Shown piece after piece: positions 1 to 24,200 of a stretch of DNA of 64,000 nucleotides. Every line of letters starts with the position of its first letter. The stretch's first letter is position 1. The position numbers and the translations under genes are program-made. The notes below the pieces were generated by a model. It did no database searches, was not told the origin of the DNA, and saw only the letters and a program-made list of their open reading frames with translations. Source of the stretch: Tubulanus polymorphus (taxonomy: Eukaryota > Animalia > Nemertea); NCBI RefSeq assembly GCF_964204645.1, contig NC_134025.1, positions 3,286,001 through 3,350,000 of the forward strand, given 5' to 3'.

Positions 1-2934
1 ACATATCTTACATATGCATAGTATTCCGCGCAATGTAGTTCACTAACTGGTAAAATGAAAGATATAGATTTTTAACTCATGTCTATAGATCGGTCCGATA
101 TCAGACCATTCGATACTTGAGTCCTATAACAGATGTTTTACGAGATTGAACTGATGTGGAATGCACTATAATTCACCATCGATCCAAACACAAATAAGAC
201 AGATAATATGTGACACTGCTGTCATGGCCTCTTAAATCACGCAACCTCCGTACCCCGAAATGGCGAATGAAATTGCTGAAGAATGAGAAAATGACGATCT
301 GAGATGCGTTATAAGGTGATGTAATCTGCGCAGATATATCACAGACGGTTATAAATCACACTGTCATAGACAAAGACTCATTACTCTCTTCACTAAATTA
401 ACATTTTTTCTGATTTGAATCCTACGTAATGGATCCGTTCACTTTTGACTAGGACGCTTCGACGCTTCGTCAATACATTGTGCGTAAATAATTAATGCGT
501 CTAATCTATTGTTGCTCAACTACACCAGTGTGACAATAAACCCGTAGCGTGGTGGCAGGCACAGCAACCTGGACGACATGGCTCAATCTAATTACACCCA
601 GTTGTATGGCGTATGTTTGTCAATGCATAACACTACGAATATATCATCATCATACCAACTAATTATTCATAAGAGAATGAAAATTTAGATCAGAAATCTG
701 ATAAATGTTCGGCTGAAATGTCATCCTCAGCAGGTCCAGAAATTTAGACCAAGATTTGAATAAAGTCTGCTAGGATTACGATGAAATTAGGTAGGTTCCG
801 CCGACACGACAAGATTTCGGATTCGAAAAATATGCATAAAATATAATGTTGACAGAAAATATCGGTGAGATGCTGGTAGACTAAATAATGACACCTCGCG
901 TAGAAAATCAATTTTTTCATCAATCTGTCTGTGTACAGACCATTTCATACATCACAGTCGCTGATTGCAATATCCAATATACCAATTTTCATAAATGTGC
1001 CAGGTATACATCTCAGGTTTATAGCTCTCTACCTCGTCTTAAGTGTTATGAAGCACGTATGACTTTTTAAGAACTTTCCAGAGCGATATCTCGGACTATG
1101 CAATAAGCAGACACTACACCTCCGACAATCATATTCTAATATACTTTATTTCGGTTGTTGTTCAAAGTAACCGATGAATGATGTACGTTTAATTTCCGGA
1201 AAGAAACTCATCTCTTAAAGTGAAAAACACAAAGAACTTTTTCTATGAACATAATCACGGCGCGTTGCGTATAGCCGCGCAGGCATAACGGCTGAAATTA
1301 TTCTCAAGACGTTCTCTTTGTGCTTCAAACAAAATGAATATTGTTGATACTTTGATGAAACGGATGAAGGGAAAACAACTGTTTATGATGTAAAAACCGA
1401 AACCGACCGTAATGAATTATTACTAAAAACAACAACAAGACAATTTTCGAGTTTCACCGGAGAAATGAGTGATGATGTAACGAGGCTTTTATTCATCTTT
1501 CAGACAACAATTGTCGATGAATTGTAAAAAAGATATGTTTTCCATAATGGCTCATAGAAAATCAGACACGAGCCCGACAAAAGAAGTTTCCCAGGTCTAC
1601 CTGGCGTAATCAATTTTCAATTTGACATCGCCGGCTTAAATAATGCAGCGTGGTTCTCTGTTGACTCTTTGTAGCCATGGAGCAGTAAATTTTTCCTAAA
1701 TCCATTTTCAAATACATTCTACCTATTAAACATTCAATAGCTGATTACGATGATTGGATGGGTATGCATATATAGAAAACTACATGTACGTACGTGAAAA
1801 AGGCTGATAAAACATTGCGATGAAAATTCCCTGGGATCGAATTTCTATTAAGTGGATATGAAACGCAGACAGCGTTGAACTCAAACTGATATGAGTTTTG
1901 ACCTATGATCAAAGGCAATGTGTGGGATTACAGACATAATTTACTGTCAATAGTAATCTAACAATCGCAAATAAATCGGTAGCAAGTTTCATGCACCGAA
2001 TATCAAAGGGAAGAAAAAGGTCACAGGTTTTTGGGCATATTTGGCAAGATTTCCGTGCAGTGGCTATTTCCACCTACAAGTTTCAAAAGGTTATCGGGAA
2101 ATTGATGGTGAAGTAAACAGATTGCTCATTACTAAATGTCATTGGATGTTATGACAAGTAGTGCGATATTGCTCATTGAGGCAGCTTAAGACTTGCCTAA
2201 TCCGATAGATTCACCACAGAAATTACAAAATGGACAACTACAGGTATTCAAAAATAATCTTCTTGAAGTATATTTTCTCCGATTGTGTTCACGGTAAAGT
2301 TTATTATTCATGTCTGAATTCTAAGTAAAGCGGGTTAAGGTGTACGATCAGTGCTGCCAACTGGTGTTTATTGCAAAAACCAAGCAGTCGCACTTCAGGC
2401 AGTCTTATGTTATTCGGCATTATGGATTTCAGACTTTAATGACAAAATTCCTACCTTTTTATTTAGCTGCAGATAATGATGGATTTCTTTACCACTTGGA
2501 TCATCAGAATACAAAGCAAATCCAGACTGCGCGTAATAACGAACCCCGACGAGCTTCGTTAATGACTGCATCACTTCTTCAACTGTACTCGATCCATCAA
2601 AACTTACAACCTAAATCAACGACGACAAGCATTTTAATATCCAAGTAAAGAAATCATTACAATCTAGATGGAGATTGAAATAAAGTTAATTAATGTTATA
2701 AGATTTTAACCCACCACACTAAATCAAAATCTCGAAAACAAAATTTATTCATCAAGAATTACAATCAAAAATCAAGACATCTCTTAATTTTCGATATTAT
2801 TCTTGATAGAAAAATTTCATTTCTAATACTTCAAATTTTCATATACCGTGATACTGGATTTTATCTTTCTATCTATTTCTCCATGTATCTGAGTGTGACT
2901 ATTCTACTATCTATAAAGTTAATGTAAATCATTA

Positions 2935-12016
<9,082 letters not shown>

Positions 12017-14069
12017 GTCTTCAGCAGCTCAATGCTCCGTTCCACACTGGATCGCATGTTCTGCACACGCTGTCGTCACTTCCTATAAATGAAAATAATA
12101 ATATAATGACATAATGAATATCAATACAAGACCCAGGTGCAGTTTAGTCGGGAAGATCGAATCCCACACATTTCTCCAATTCACATAAAAATTTGTGACG
12201 AAAAAAAAAAACATATTGGAAACTAGCTCCAAAACAAGGCTTGATTTGAACTAATTTTGAGTATATTCTCATGATAAGTGATCTTCCAATGTCAAAGTTT
12301 GGTGGATTCCCAGATTGCCTTTGATTTAAGTTTCTAATCAAGAAAACACACGAAAAAAAATAAAACATTAACTGATTGTGAAAGGAAAAATTTCAAATCT
12401 ATCAGAAGATACTTCCAAAATCCAGAGTCCTGCTATATGCCTATAACAATGAAAATATTCCACAAGGAAACTATTTGATTAATCTAATAACAAAATCCCT
12501 CTGTAGAGTTGAAATACGGGTTACCAGCACATTGGCAAGTTTCTTTCATTAGTTCATTAGATCAACATGGTTTACAGCCAAAATATCTTAATTGCCTATT
12601 AATCTAGGTATGTATATCATATATTGCCAAGTACAAGTTTCATTCCAGGGTAACTAAGAGTTTATTATCTAACTTTACCTAAACCTAATGACACAATAAC
12701 AGGTTTGCAAGAATGATGAAGGGTTCACAATATTTTCGACATTCTACACTAGTTATGCTTACAAGATGCCTAAACAGTGGTTTGCCATTTTTGGATAAAT
12801 AACTGCCCATGTAAATCCAGTCGTCTCACTTCAATAACTGATCTTTTGATAATAGTTTATTTTCATGAACATCTTGGTCACCCGCAGAGTCAAAGAATTC
12901 TGTATCATCTTGAATTTTCTATTATTTGCGTTTATCGAATAGTTTTTTCCCCCACAAAATACCATGTATGACAATGACTGCAGATCAGGTGGTGGTTCTT
13001 AAAACCACTGCGTGCACTGGATAAAATCTATTTTTAATGATGTTGCATTGAATTCGTTCTTATGAGAAGATTTCTACATCAAATGCGAATGATGAAAGAG
13101 TAATAACAAGCACAGAGCGCTGGCCTATTGGTTCTATATAAAACGCAGCAAGCCACTGTTTATATCCTTCAGTGAATTCAATTTCGATAACCTTATCTTT
13201 AATGATTCATCGTTGCGCGTACATCGGACATAGGAAAGTCAGATGATCGGGAATGAACTGGAACACGAGATAAAACACTGATCTCTCTCTCTCTCGTAAA
13301 TTGCTCGTCTACGTGGAAGGTACTGCTGCGACGAATGTAGCTCAATTTACAGCTCAATGAATCAACATAGAAATCCAGTTATAACAAACAGTATATTATT
13401 TTTATGAATTATATAAAGCAAACATAGACAATGTTACTTTCTCCCAATCACGATTATCAGATTGATTTTTTGCCCATTATAAGATAATTTTCTACATCAC
13501 TACGTGCACAACTAGTAGCGTTTTTCCGAGCAATTAGACCTTATTGCCGAACAATTGGCCTAATTTTCCAATAAATCACATATACATGTGAATCATACAT
13601 ATGTACCGCAAAACCTCAGAAAAATTACACCAAATCATTTGGCAAAAATGTGTACGCTTTTTTCAAATACACGTATGTTTTCACAATGAGGAGGAATGCA
13701 TTTCTGCATAGTTCACAAGCCTTCTGATAATCAAATATGAATAGTCATTAAATCCACATTACGCATACAATAAATTAGAAATACATTATTAACACAAACC
13801 AGATCCACAGCCAGTGCTGCCCTGAGAAACCATATATAAACTACTCTCAATGATTCATTCGTATAGGAGTCTAATTAGAAAGGGATAGTGAAACCAGATG
13901 GTTATAACTGACGTGAATGTGTCCTGAGTTCACCAATACTTATATCACTTATTTCTATTTTAGCAATGTTTTGACTATATCTGATAAACACAACTTCTGA
14001 AAAATGAAAGTTCACTGAAATAGTCTCTAATTCGAGTTAGACTTAGACTTAGAGATTAGACTTCAGGGG

Positions 14070-14203
14070 GCCAGTTGCACAGTCGTGACTTAAGTCCAAA
14101 AGTGGTCTTAAATCTTAAGACTGGTCTCAAGTTGTTAGATTGGCTATAGAACTAAGTTGGTCTTAGACTGGTCTTAAGTCTAAGCCATGACTATGCAACT
14201 GGC
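14070..14203. mobile_element. MITE with ~23-bp terminal inverted repeats
   Basis: Left end gccagttgcacagtcgtgactta matches the reverse complement of the right end (gccagttgcatagtcatggctta); internal tggtctta repeats. Confidence 0.8.
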
Positions 14204-14713
14204 TGGAGTATTAAAGCAGGGTGAGGCATAGGCTCTATAATCTAACATTAAAAATGATTACTTTGGAACTCAGCTAATGGTGACAGGCCACAGCCAGAGG
14301 GAGTAAGTCCCCCGTTCGATAGACCATATATTTATGACTTGCCAAATTTTGTTGGACACATGGTACTCAACCCGTCCCAGTCAAGCGGCACTACTTATTA
14401 GGCCTATAGCAGCAGAAACATACTATTTATTAGATACAACTTGACAAAAAGATGCATTTAATCCTCTTAAGTTCCATGCCTGGAGCTGGAGATGATGTTG
14501 CCGATGGCTTGTGCCGGTGCACAAAAAAATTTTAAAAACCATGAAAACGAAAAAACTTTTGTCACGACGAGTCAAGACAGTAGTGTCAGTGAGGGGGATT
14601 GATTAAGAGTTTAACTAAACATGTCAGACAAATCTAATTGTTGTACCAAACAATTCACACAGCAAACTACAACATGTCTGTTCAAGATTCAGTAACATAT
14701 GACATTTTCTTAC

Positions 14714-15215
14714 CATTTTCATTGATGATATTCCGATGAATCAGGTTTTGATGGATGTCATTTGTTTTTTTCTGGAGTAACGCATATACTGTGCACGAGG
14801 GCCACACCGAATTGTAGTGCATGAAGGCGCGTCGTGACCCGGCGCCACTCAGTGTAGTCTATAACTACAAAACTTTAAAGGTTCCCGTTGAATAATAATT
14901 TTCCATTGTTGTTTACTTTTGATCATACTTCATTAACAAGTCAAAAAACAGCAAATTTAATGAATATTTTAGCATATATGCTTATGGCTTATGAAAGATT
15001 GTATTGAATAATATATCCGTCTATGTATCGAGCAACTACACCGACGCTTCGTTTAAACGTTTTCATTTCTCGTTCGACGCCGAGAAACAAAATGGCGATC
15101 ATTGAACCGTGAAACTTTGGAAATGAAGCTAATATCCCGCATTTAATTCGAGTGTGATCGCTGTAGCGAAGGTTAAAATCGTTTAAAGCGTCGGATCCTA
15201 AAAGTTAAAACCAAA
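14714..15215. promoter_or_regulatory. Candidate head-to-head promoter region shared by PLEKHH (non-coding first exon) and THADA
   Basis: Minus-strand TG|GTAAG donor at 14713, CpG-rich patch 14790-14850, aaaatggcg (YY1-like) near 15089 and THADA ATG at 15216. The PLEKHH ATG exon has an acceptor at ~12083, implying an upstream UTR exon. Confidence 0.5.
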
Positions 15216-18200
15216 ATGAAAGAAGTTGTATCAAAAACGAAGCCCGCCATCAGTTCGTCGATCCGTATTCTTGAATTAATTCCAGGTAGGTAGGCAGGAC
15301 TCAGGAGAAGACGACGACGTAAGATTAAGAAGTAAATTATGACCCCTCCGTTGCCGTTGTTGGCCTCGACTTTACAGTACCATACTTAAAAAAGCTAAGC
15401 TAAATCCGATATTGTAGTAGTACTATTTATTGTGTTTCAGGTTTGTCAGATGAAAGGGACGCTCATAAGAAACTACTGTTGGAAATCACTGAAGCTAAAG
15501 ATATCGTTGTTCAGTTGCAATCCGTGAAAAAGGTCTCTCAATTTTATTATGTTTAGAAGATCAAGATAAAGATTTTCGTGGGGACATGATTGCTTTGATG
15601 TATGGTTATTTTGATTTTTGCTTTATCTGTTTTTTAGCTGGGGATTTCATTAAAGAATGTCACGGATGATTTTGAAGCGAGCAAGGAAGCGCTTGTCTGC
15701 ATTAAAACTCTGGTCGACTTATTCTTCATTTGTCCCGGAAAAGTTTCGCTGAAACGAGCTGTTTTAAGGTATTTAGAATACTTCATAACAGAAACATGTT
15801 CATTTAGAAAAGAATTATGTAGAAATAATGTATTATTGTATTAATCTATAATTTTTCAGCTGTTTACAAGGTGCACATCAATGTTTAGAGGATTTGATCG
15901 TGCGTACACTTGGTTCTTATATGGATGACGCAATAAACAGTTGCTCGCAACCTAAAATCCGACCTCTCATTTACACCATATCAAATCTGACGGATAATTT
16001 CACTAGAGGTAATAATCTGGACCCAGTTCCACAGTTGTGAGTTAGAGTTAACTCTGAGTTAAAGTCAGTTCATTTTCAGTGATTTAACTCAGAGTTAAAT
16101 CTCAACTCGGAACTGTGGAACTGGACCCTGATATATAAACAGAGATCCAAGGGATGGCCCTAGAAATTTTATCAAATTTCTTGCAAAAATGACTGTGTTT
16201 TTAGAACAGATTATGATGGCTGGGAAATGGCTCAGTCCATCTCTTAAATATCCTGGATCCACCCATTATTGGATTTTTGCCCATTATCTATAGTTCACTA
16301 ATAAGTTTTTATGATTTTCAGGAGACCTTTGTTTGACATCAAGATTGCCTAAAGGTAAAGATAGCCCAAATACAAATACTGCCAGTTATTTCAAAACGAA
16401 TGTTATTTGTTTTATATGATTTCATTTAAATCCCATTTCAGTTCTTCAATTCCTAGTCAAATCTCTTGAAGGTTATAAGAATAAACTGAGGTGAGATTTT
16501 CCATCTGAAACATTGAAAGAAAAGTATTCTGAATTCCATAAAAGAAGTGGGAACAATATGAATCTCATTTTCTATTTCAGTGATGTTTCTAGTCCGGTGA
16601 TTCAAACTGAACTGATGAATCATTGTTTAGCGACCGTACAGACCAGCAATAAACTATTCCAGAAATATTCAGTCGAACCCGACGAATTCGTTCATAAACT
16701 TCTCATCATCTCGTCCCAAGTGTTAACATCGAGTAAGAATTGAATTCGATAATCATTTCATAACTTCTCGTCTGATGATGTCATGTGGGAATTGATAAAT
16801 ATAAACAATTTTTCAGCAAAATTTCTTCTGGATTGTCAAGTGACTTGCGGAATGAGTGTTGCTCTGATATTTAGATTATTATACAAAGATGACTGCATTT
16901 CAATGGTAAGTTAACATCAAACAGCTATTCATGCTTGTTTAGAATCTTTACTAATTCATGAATATTATTGTATTTTTTCAGCTGTGTTATTCGGTGATGA
17001 ATCACAGCAATGACTCGAATGTATCGTCCTGTTGTCTGGATAAATTGCAACATCCCGTGATAGACTTTCACTCCCTCTCTGTCAGTTCACAGCTTTGCGT
17101 TGTAAATGGAATACTCGCCGTCTTGACGTCACAAGAATTGGTAACGAGCATTACTGTGGATACATACTTCATCAATGAAGTCCTAGCCAAACAGATATTT
17201 GAATCAGCTTCAGGGTAGGGAATAGAATCCAGGTTTCTGATTGATATAAAAATTGAAGAAACATTATTGTAATCTTGTCTAAATAGGGATCAATTACTGC
17301 TTATGTTTGTTATTATTGTACCATCATAAGGGCAATTGTCCTAATACTCATAAATTTCTCTTGCAGTGTTGGTGATACTAGCTCGAAGTTGATATTGTCA
17401 AGGACGTTGTATACATGGACAGTGAAATGCTGGTAAGAACTCTTGTCATGAAATTTGATTTCTTTAATATCCGTGATCCAAGATTTCAACTGTGGGTCTA
17501 TTTTTAGTCAGTGTCTGGCAGAGAAACAGGTTTCAAATGGATTTGAATCTCAACTTTCTGGTCGTGAATCTGTACCGAAACAAGTATTGGAATATGTATG
17601 GACGCATTGGGAGGATCCGATTGATGTGAGTTAAATCTTGGAGTAATCATTTACTCCGAGGTTAAATCATACTTCTATTAACCGATGAATTTGGATATTA
17701 ATGTTCACTAAGATGTTGTGATTATTTTCTTCAGGCTATTCGTCATCAATCGAGATCGATATTTAGTAACATACTTAAAGTGCATTTATTAGCTACGAAG
17801 GAAGGTAAATCGATTGCTGATACAGTTTTAATCAATGCAATTTTATACGAATAAGCATTTCAGGTGTCATTCTATCATTATAGATCCACACGTAAGTCCT
17901 CTGTTTTATGAATTGGCGACGTCATTGCTGAAAACCAGTTGGCATTCGAAGGGTAAATTTGGACCATTGTGCACAATAGTTGACTATCTGGGAGTCGGAA
18001 ATATGCTCGCTATATCGGCTTCTTTACCGGATGACGTTCTCCGCGCGGTCAGAGAACAAACGTTGGCTAGTTATGTAAGTAACTGAAGCAAATCGATGAT
18101 TTTACCTCGAAAATCTCACCTGCCCATTCAAAAGACGACTTAGACTGAGTAAATTGAAATGCAAATACACGAAAAACGTTTTTAAGACGCCTAAATTGGG

Positions 18201-21200
18201 ACTCAAAAATAGTAATGACTCAATTGATGATTTAAGCTCCGAGTTCAATTGTGGTACCTATTTTACAACAGGCGAGTGAACTTTTTGAGAAATTGATGCT
18301 CAGTCATAAGAAAGAGTTGCTCGATAAAGATGACAATGAGGGATGTTTAAAGATTTGGCAGGAAACGTGGATCACTCCTGTTCTGATATCTTTGTGTCAC
18401 GGTCATCACAAACAGAAGCATTATATTACTGAGGTATGATACACAGCTTACAGCTTTCATTCTGCAGATATCTATCCGTACATGTATTGTGTATTTGATA
18501 TCTTTAATTTCAGTATATAGTTCCACGTTTGCTCAAAGCTCATCCCGACAGTATTCAATTCATCATATCAAAACTATTAGGAGAGAATAAAGGTAAGCTG
18601 TTCACCTATACTGGCAGCATTCAAAAAGTATGTACCAGTCCAGTACCCCGAAATCTTAGGAAAGCTCAAATCGACCTTTAAGATATTCATTATATTACCA
18701 ATTTTAGTTTTGAGTACAGTGCAGCATGTACAGATTAATCACTATCCTCCCACTTCAAGCACGTGCATTTTTCTGGTATTGGTTCAATAAATCAAAACTC
18801 ATTTCCCCATTTGATTTTGATGTCGTAAATTTCATGACTTGTAGGTACGTCAGTAAATGAATTACGAGCGTTGATGACATGCGTTAGACAGGCACGTTCT
18901 ATGGGTCATATACAGTTAGTTCTAAACGATACGTCAGGAATGTGGAATAATGTTCTACCTGTTCATATATTACAACAAGCTCTTTGTCATCAGGATGATC
19001 AGGTTCGTTATTACGATCACAACGCAATGATACGAATGAATCCCTTTTGAATTCTCCGTATTAATTCTTTTCGTCATTTGTTTTATTAGATTCGCATCAA
19101 CGCGTTGGGTTTATTGTGTGAAAGCGCGAAAACTACAGAAATTGTAATGGAACAAGATTTAAAGTTGCTGCATTTTTTCCTACCTCTGAATCTCTCTAGT
19201 CAGTCACCGGCGTTTAGACAAACAATGTCGGCATTATTCAAAAAGGTTTTTATCGGAATTCATTAACGATAATACTGAAAGAGATCGATAACTTTGATTC
19301 TGATCGCATTCTCTCTGCTTGTTTTAGTTGTTTGTACGGATAAAAGAGAGCAGTGCTCTGTTGAACAGGAGTTTGGAAAATGGTTCCCTCAAACGTCGCC
19401 TCAGTAATACAGAATATATGCAGTCTAGTCTGAACACTTATAGAGTACGTTCTGTTTCATCTATTAACTCCATGTCAACTTACATAGTGACTTCATTAAT
19501 GTGATTTATTCGATATTTTAGGAATTTGTGAAATGGTTTTGGTGTGAATTATTTGCACATTTATATCCTGGTTCTAATTATGCTAGTCGAACGTCCACAT
19601 TGAATCTACTTATCACAGTCACTAAAGCATTCCACAACGGTTCGTTTATCAAACTCTGTATGAAACTCCAGGTCAGTGTCTTGTGTTGATACAAACCTCA
19701 ACTTTCCATAATTCGTATCATTTTAGACACAAAACTATGTGATATAACCACATTCATGACAGCCGCCCATGTACAAACCCTGATTGAATGTTTCTCAGAC
19801 ACATTTGAAGATAATAAAGTCATCGTGTTGGAGCTGCTTCAGATGTTTCCTGCACTCCCCGGATTACAGGTATTGTAGGACAATTACTAGATAAACTCAT
19901 CTTTCCAGACCTGCCTACAGAATGGTTTTTAGTCATTTTACTTTCTACTCTCAAAGATGTTGAAATACTACTCTCAAAATAAGAATAATCTGTAGTACAT
20001 ATTCAATCCAACTACTATTTTTGATGTCAAATCAGTACAATTATTTAAGATATCAGGTGGTCTGGTCTGTCTTTTTTGTGCACAGTCGTTTGGGAAGATC
20101 CATTTTATGATTTCAGACAGCTTCAGAGGTATCAGTATTGTTTAATTGTGTATTAGCGCTGACCTGTACCACTAAACCTCAAGATTCTACCACAGCAGCA
20201 TACATACTTAGGTTACTCGTCAGACAAACTGAACTTTTTACAGTATTGACTCATCCGTCTGAATTCTCGCTGGATTTCAGTGAGGTAAGGCTATAATTCT
20301 ACACTGAATCTCGACGATTCATGCAGTCATCATCACTCGTGGTATTAATGATTTCGATTCTTCTAGATGCCGTATGGTATTAACGTGACTGAGAATGATC
20401 TAGAAGGTCGTAGTCTATTAACGTTATCTGTGCTCGTTAGTTCATTATCCGAACAATTAGAAGTAGCGAAGAAAACCCTGCTTCACGCTGCTGCTACTAG
20501 ACCTATGTACCCTGTCATTCACTGTATTAGATATTTGTTATCTACGATCAATCTTAGGTAAAAAAAAGAACTGAAATTCTAGAGTCGTTAATACTACTTT
20601 CCCGGTATTCGATTATCAACGAATGTTGCCTATGTTTTAGAAAATTGAAATATGTTGATGAATGGAGACGTTTGATAAACATTCTGATTGACTTGTCGTT
20701 CGGTATAGCTGCCATCGTTTCTCCAATTGTGAGTCATTCTTCACCAGAAGGCAATGTTCCTCTTGATTCAGATATAGGTAAGAAACATAATACACCAAGT
20801 TTATTCAAGTGTGAGGCATCTATTTTTCATTTATTATTGAATTTATTTGTTTGTAGAGGGCCCGGTAGAACGGACTGATGAAGATGAACATGAATTGCTT
20901 AAAGATGTTAAAAATAGTGTAGAAATGGTGCAGAAAATGCCGAAATATTTGATAGTTTGTTGTTGGCGTAGCGTGAAAGAAGTTTCACTTACTCTAGGTC
21001 AACTATGTCAAGTAGCTCCGATCAAAGAATGTTTAACGGATAACGGATTATTAACTTGTGAACATGTAAGAAATATCATTCAATATCTTTCCAAATACAT
21101 TTGAAATTCAATGATAGATGGTACCTGTATATTTCTTGCATATATATGTAATTACAGATTAATTCTATTGGTGATTACTTTACGACGCAGTTACTGGAGT

Positions 21201-24200
21201 CTAGGCACCGAGGTGCTTTTGAACTCGCTTATACCGGATTCGTAAGCATGAGCAAGATGCTTTGGAAGTAAGATATTGGACTCAGTAAATCTATACATCC
21301 AGCCCTTAGTGTTTGTTCTGATGAAAATGCGTTTGATTTCAGTTGTCATATATCAGGCCTACAGCAGTTACCCAGACAGTGGCTCAATCAAATCATGGCT
21401 GACATTCATCAATCAAATAGTGAAGCTAGTCGTTTGTGTGCTACTAGGAGAAGTGCTGGTGTTCCATTCTATATACAAGTATGAATTTATAACTACCGTT
21501 TGTTATGTTGAAAGTTTTACAGTTTTCCCTTGAAAATAGCGTATATGTCGTATTTACAGGCTTTAGTTACCAGTGAGCCAGTAGTTACAGGACGCAGTTG
21601 TTTCAAACAAATCATGACCGAACTTCTACATTTAGCTCTGAATGATTCTGAATCCAATAACATTCCACGAGTAAGTTGAAAATGATTAGATTTACTGGTA
21701 AAATGGCAATTGGTTCGACTCGATATTAAATTGTTCAACATTTGTGATTAAAGGTGCACGCTTTAAACATACTACGGTCACTGTATCGAGATACACGTGT
21801 TGGAGATGATGTTTATCCGTTTATTGCCGATGGAGTTACAGCAGCTGTCCTCGGATTCTCATCGAATATGTGGGATATACGTAATTCATCTACGCTGCTA
21901 TTCAGCGCCCTGATGACGCGAATATTCGGTGTCAAACGAACAAAAGACGATCAATCTAGGAAAAACTGGTATTTCAATCGTAGATCTAATATTCGAAAAT
22001 TTAAAGATCCTGATAAATGATAGTTGTATAATTTCCTGTCTGTACATTTCAGTTTGACCGGCCGTGAATTCTTCGGTCGTTTCCCAGCATTATTTCAATT
22101 TCTTTTAGATCAAATGTCGGCCGGCACAGAAAACATTCAGTTAGTAACAACACTTCACAATGATTTTGCTCCTTAAAAATTGTTGCGTTCGATCTATTTA
22201 TGTTTTGTATAAACTATTTACAGATGTTCGGGACGGTATCAACTGCACCCAGCTCTTTATCCAGTACTGATGATTCTAGGACGCTTGTTACCATCGACAT
22301 TAGAAGGCACTACTACATCTGTAAATGTGTCCGCATTTATTCCTTACGTGATCAAGTATGTTTATTTCAGCCTGTGTTATGTGTTGGGTATCTTCTCGTA
22401 TCGTATCTTATAATTCTTGTTTCATAGATGCGCGGGAAGTTCAGTTTATAAAACGAGGGTGATGGCCGCTAGAGCTTTACGTCCACTAGTATTTACTGAT
22501 CGGATCATGTTACTGTTAACACAGTTAGCCCAGTTATTACCAGCGCTAGAAACAGAGAAGATCGCTCAGAATAATATACACGGGATTCTCTTGCAGGTAT
22601 CAATATTCATTCATACAATTCACCGATGAAATATTATTCCAATTAACAATGGACAATCACACAATTTATGATATTCGAAGTATTATCTGACGGTTTCGAC
22701 ATTTATCTAAATCAAATCTTCAGACAATTATGGGATGTTCATTATCTTCGGCTCAGTTTATCAGTCATTTACTCTACTTCGAATCATATTTCCATTTGTA
22801 GATGTCGAGTTTATTGAATCAATTACCAACTTCAGATATTCCTAGCGAGAATAGTATATTATCGCATGTTCATAAAGCAAGATGGATTCTATCGCAGTAA
22901 GTACCGGTAATACATTCAACAGAATTCATTGCGTCTTTCAGTTTACGAAAATGATATTGTATGTTTTACAGATCGTGCTATGTAACCCGAAGTGCTTATC
23001 TACATGTCATGTGTAAACTAATGCAATACAATTGGACTGTAACTAGTGGAAACATGCTACAAGAATTATCCGCTTCAATCGGCGACGCGATACAGTATTC
23101 TATTTTTGAAAGTCGAAATGAGAAGTCAGTCCCCGGTTCGGTAGATTTCCATTTAGCCGTAGCTCACATGATGTTATATTACAGGTAGGGTGTTAAGTTA
23201 TAACTCTATGTGTTGTTTGTATCGACGTTGAGTTTTTAAAATCCGAATGATATTATTTACAGTTGGGAGAATAAACTGTGTCACGAATCGACTGCGTTTT
23301 CGTATAAAGAGATTCTGTCCGGATTGTTAACGTCTCAACATTACGAGGTTCGACTAGTGACATTACAGTACATTAAAGCTTTATTGAGCGACGATCCTGA
23401 AGATGATGAATGTGATAAAGACGGCGATGTGTTTGACTCGGAGCCGTCTTCCGGTAGTCCAGGTCAGTACAAACATTAAAACATCCTATCATTTCAAATA
23501 TTAAGGTTGATTCACTGTGCTATGTTCGTTGGAGAGCGATATTTTCTAACTCCAATTTCCAGGTGCCACAGTGTACGCACGAGGATGCATTTTACTGAGA
23601 AAATTCAAAATAATAACCATTAAAATTGGGATTTGAACCCGAAAGCACAGTAGCGCTAGTGTAATGCTCTAACTACCGGTACTAGAGCAGAGAGGCTAGT
23701 TGACAGCCTCCAATATTTCAAACAGCTTATAGCCTAACCCTTACCTACTCTTGCGTAACCTTACTCCAGACCCTTAACCCCTAGACACTAAACTCTAAGG
23801 TTCTGTGGTTAAAAAAAGCTGCTGTAAATTTTTCGATGCCTGAAAATGGCTGTTAGAAAAGACTGTTCTCCATGTCAGTTGTGTTTTGTAGATTCGAGTA
23901 CACCGCGTATGAAAGCCGCCGGACGCAGGTGGAGTTTTAATGATCGAAGTCAGGACATCGTCACCGAATTACGCAAATCCGGATTAATCTTGTCGCAGGT
24001 AGTTGCAATGGCAATGGTTACGGAGACGCATCCAGAATGTTTGGCTGAGGTAGGATTTGTGTGGAAATAATGTTAAGATAGTAACCACTGATGAAATATA
24101 AAAACTCCAACACTAAGAATGAATAAATGTCTGAAATGTGTCCTTGAGCTAATATCTATTTGACTATATTCGACTATATCCGGATAGGATACTTTCAGGA

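Noticed and set aside
538-560. aacccgtag resembling the 5' end of miR-100/miR-99
   Set aside because: Similarity stops after 9 nt and no precursor hairpin is evident.
23627-23690. Functional tRNA gene
   Set aside because: A- and B-box-like motifs are present but the acceptor and anticodon stems do not pair; more likely SINE-derived.
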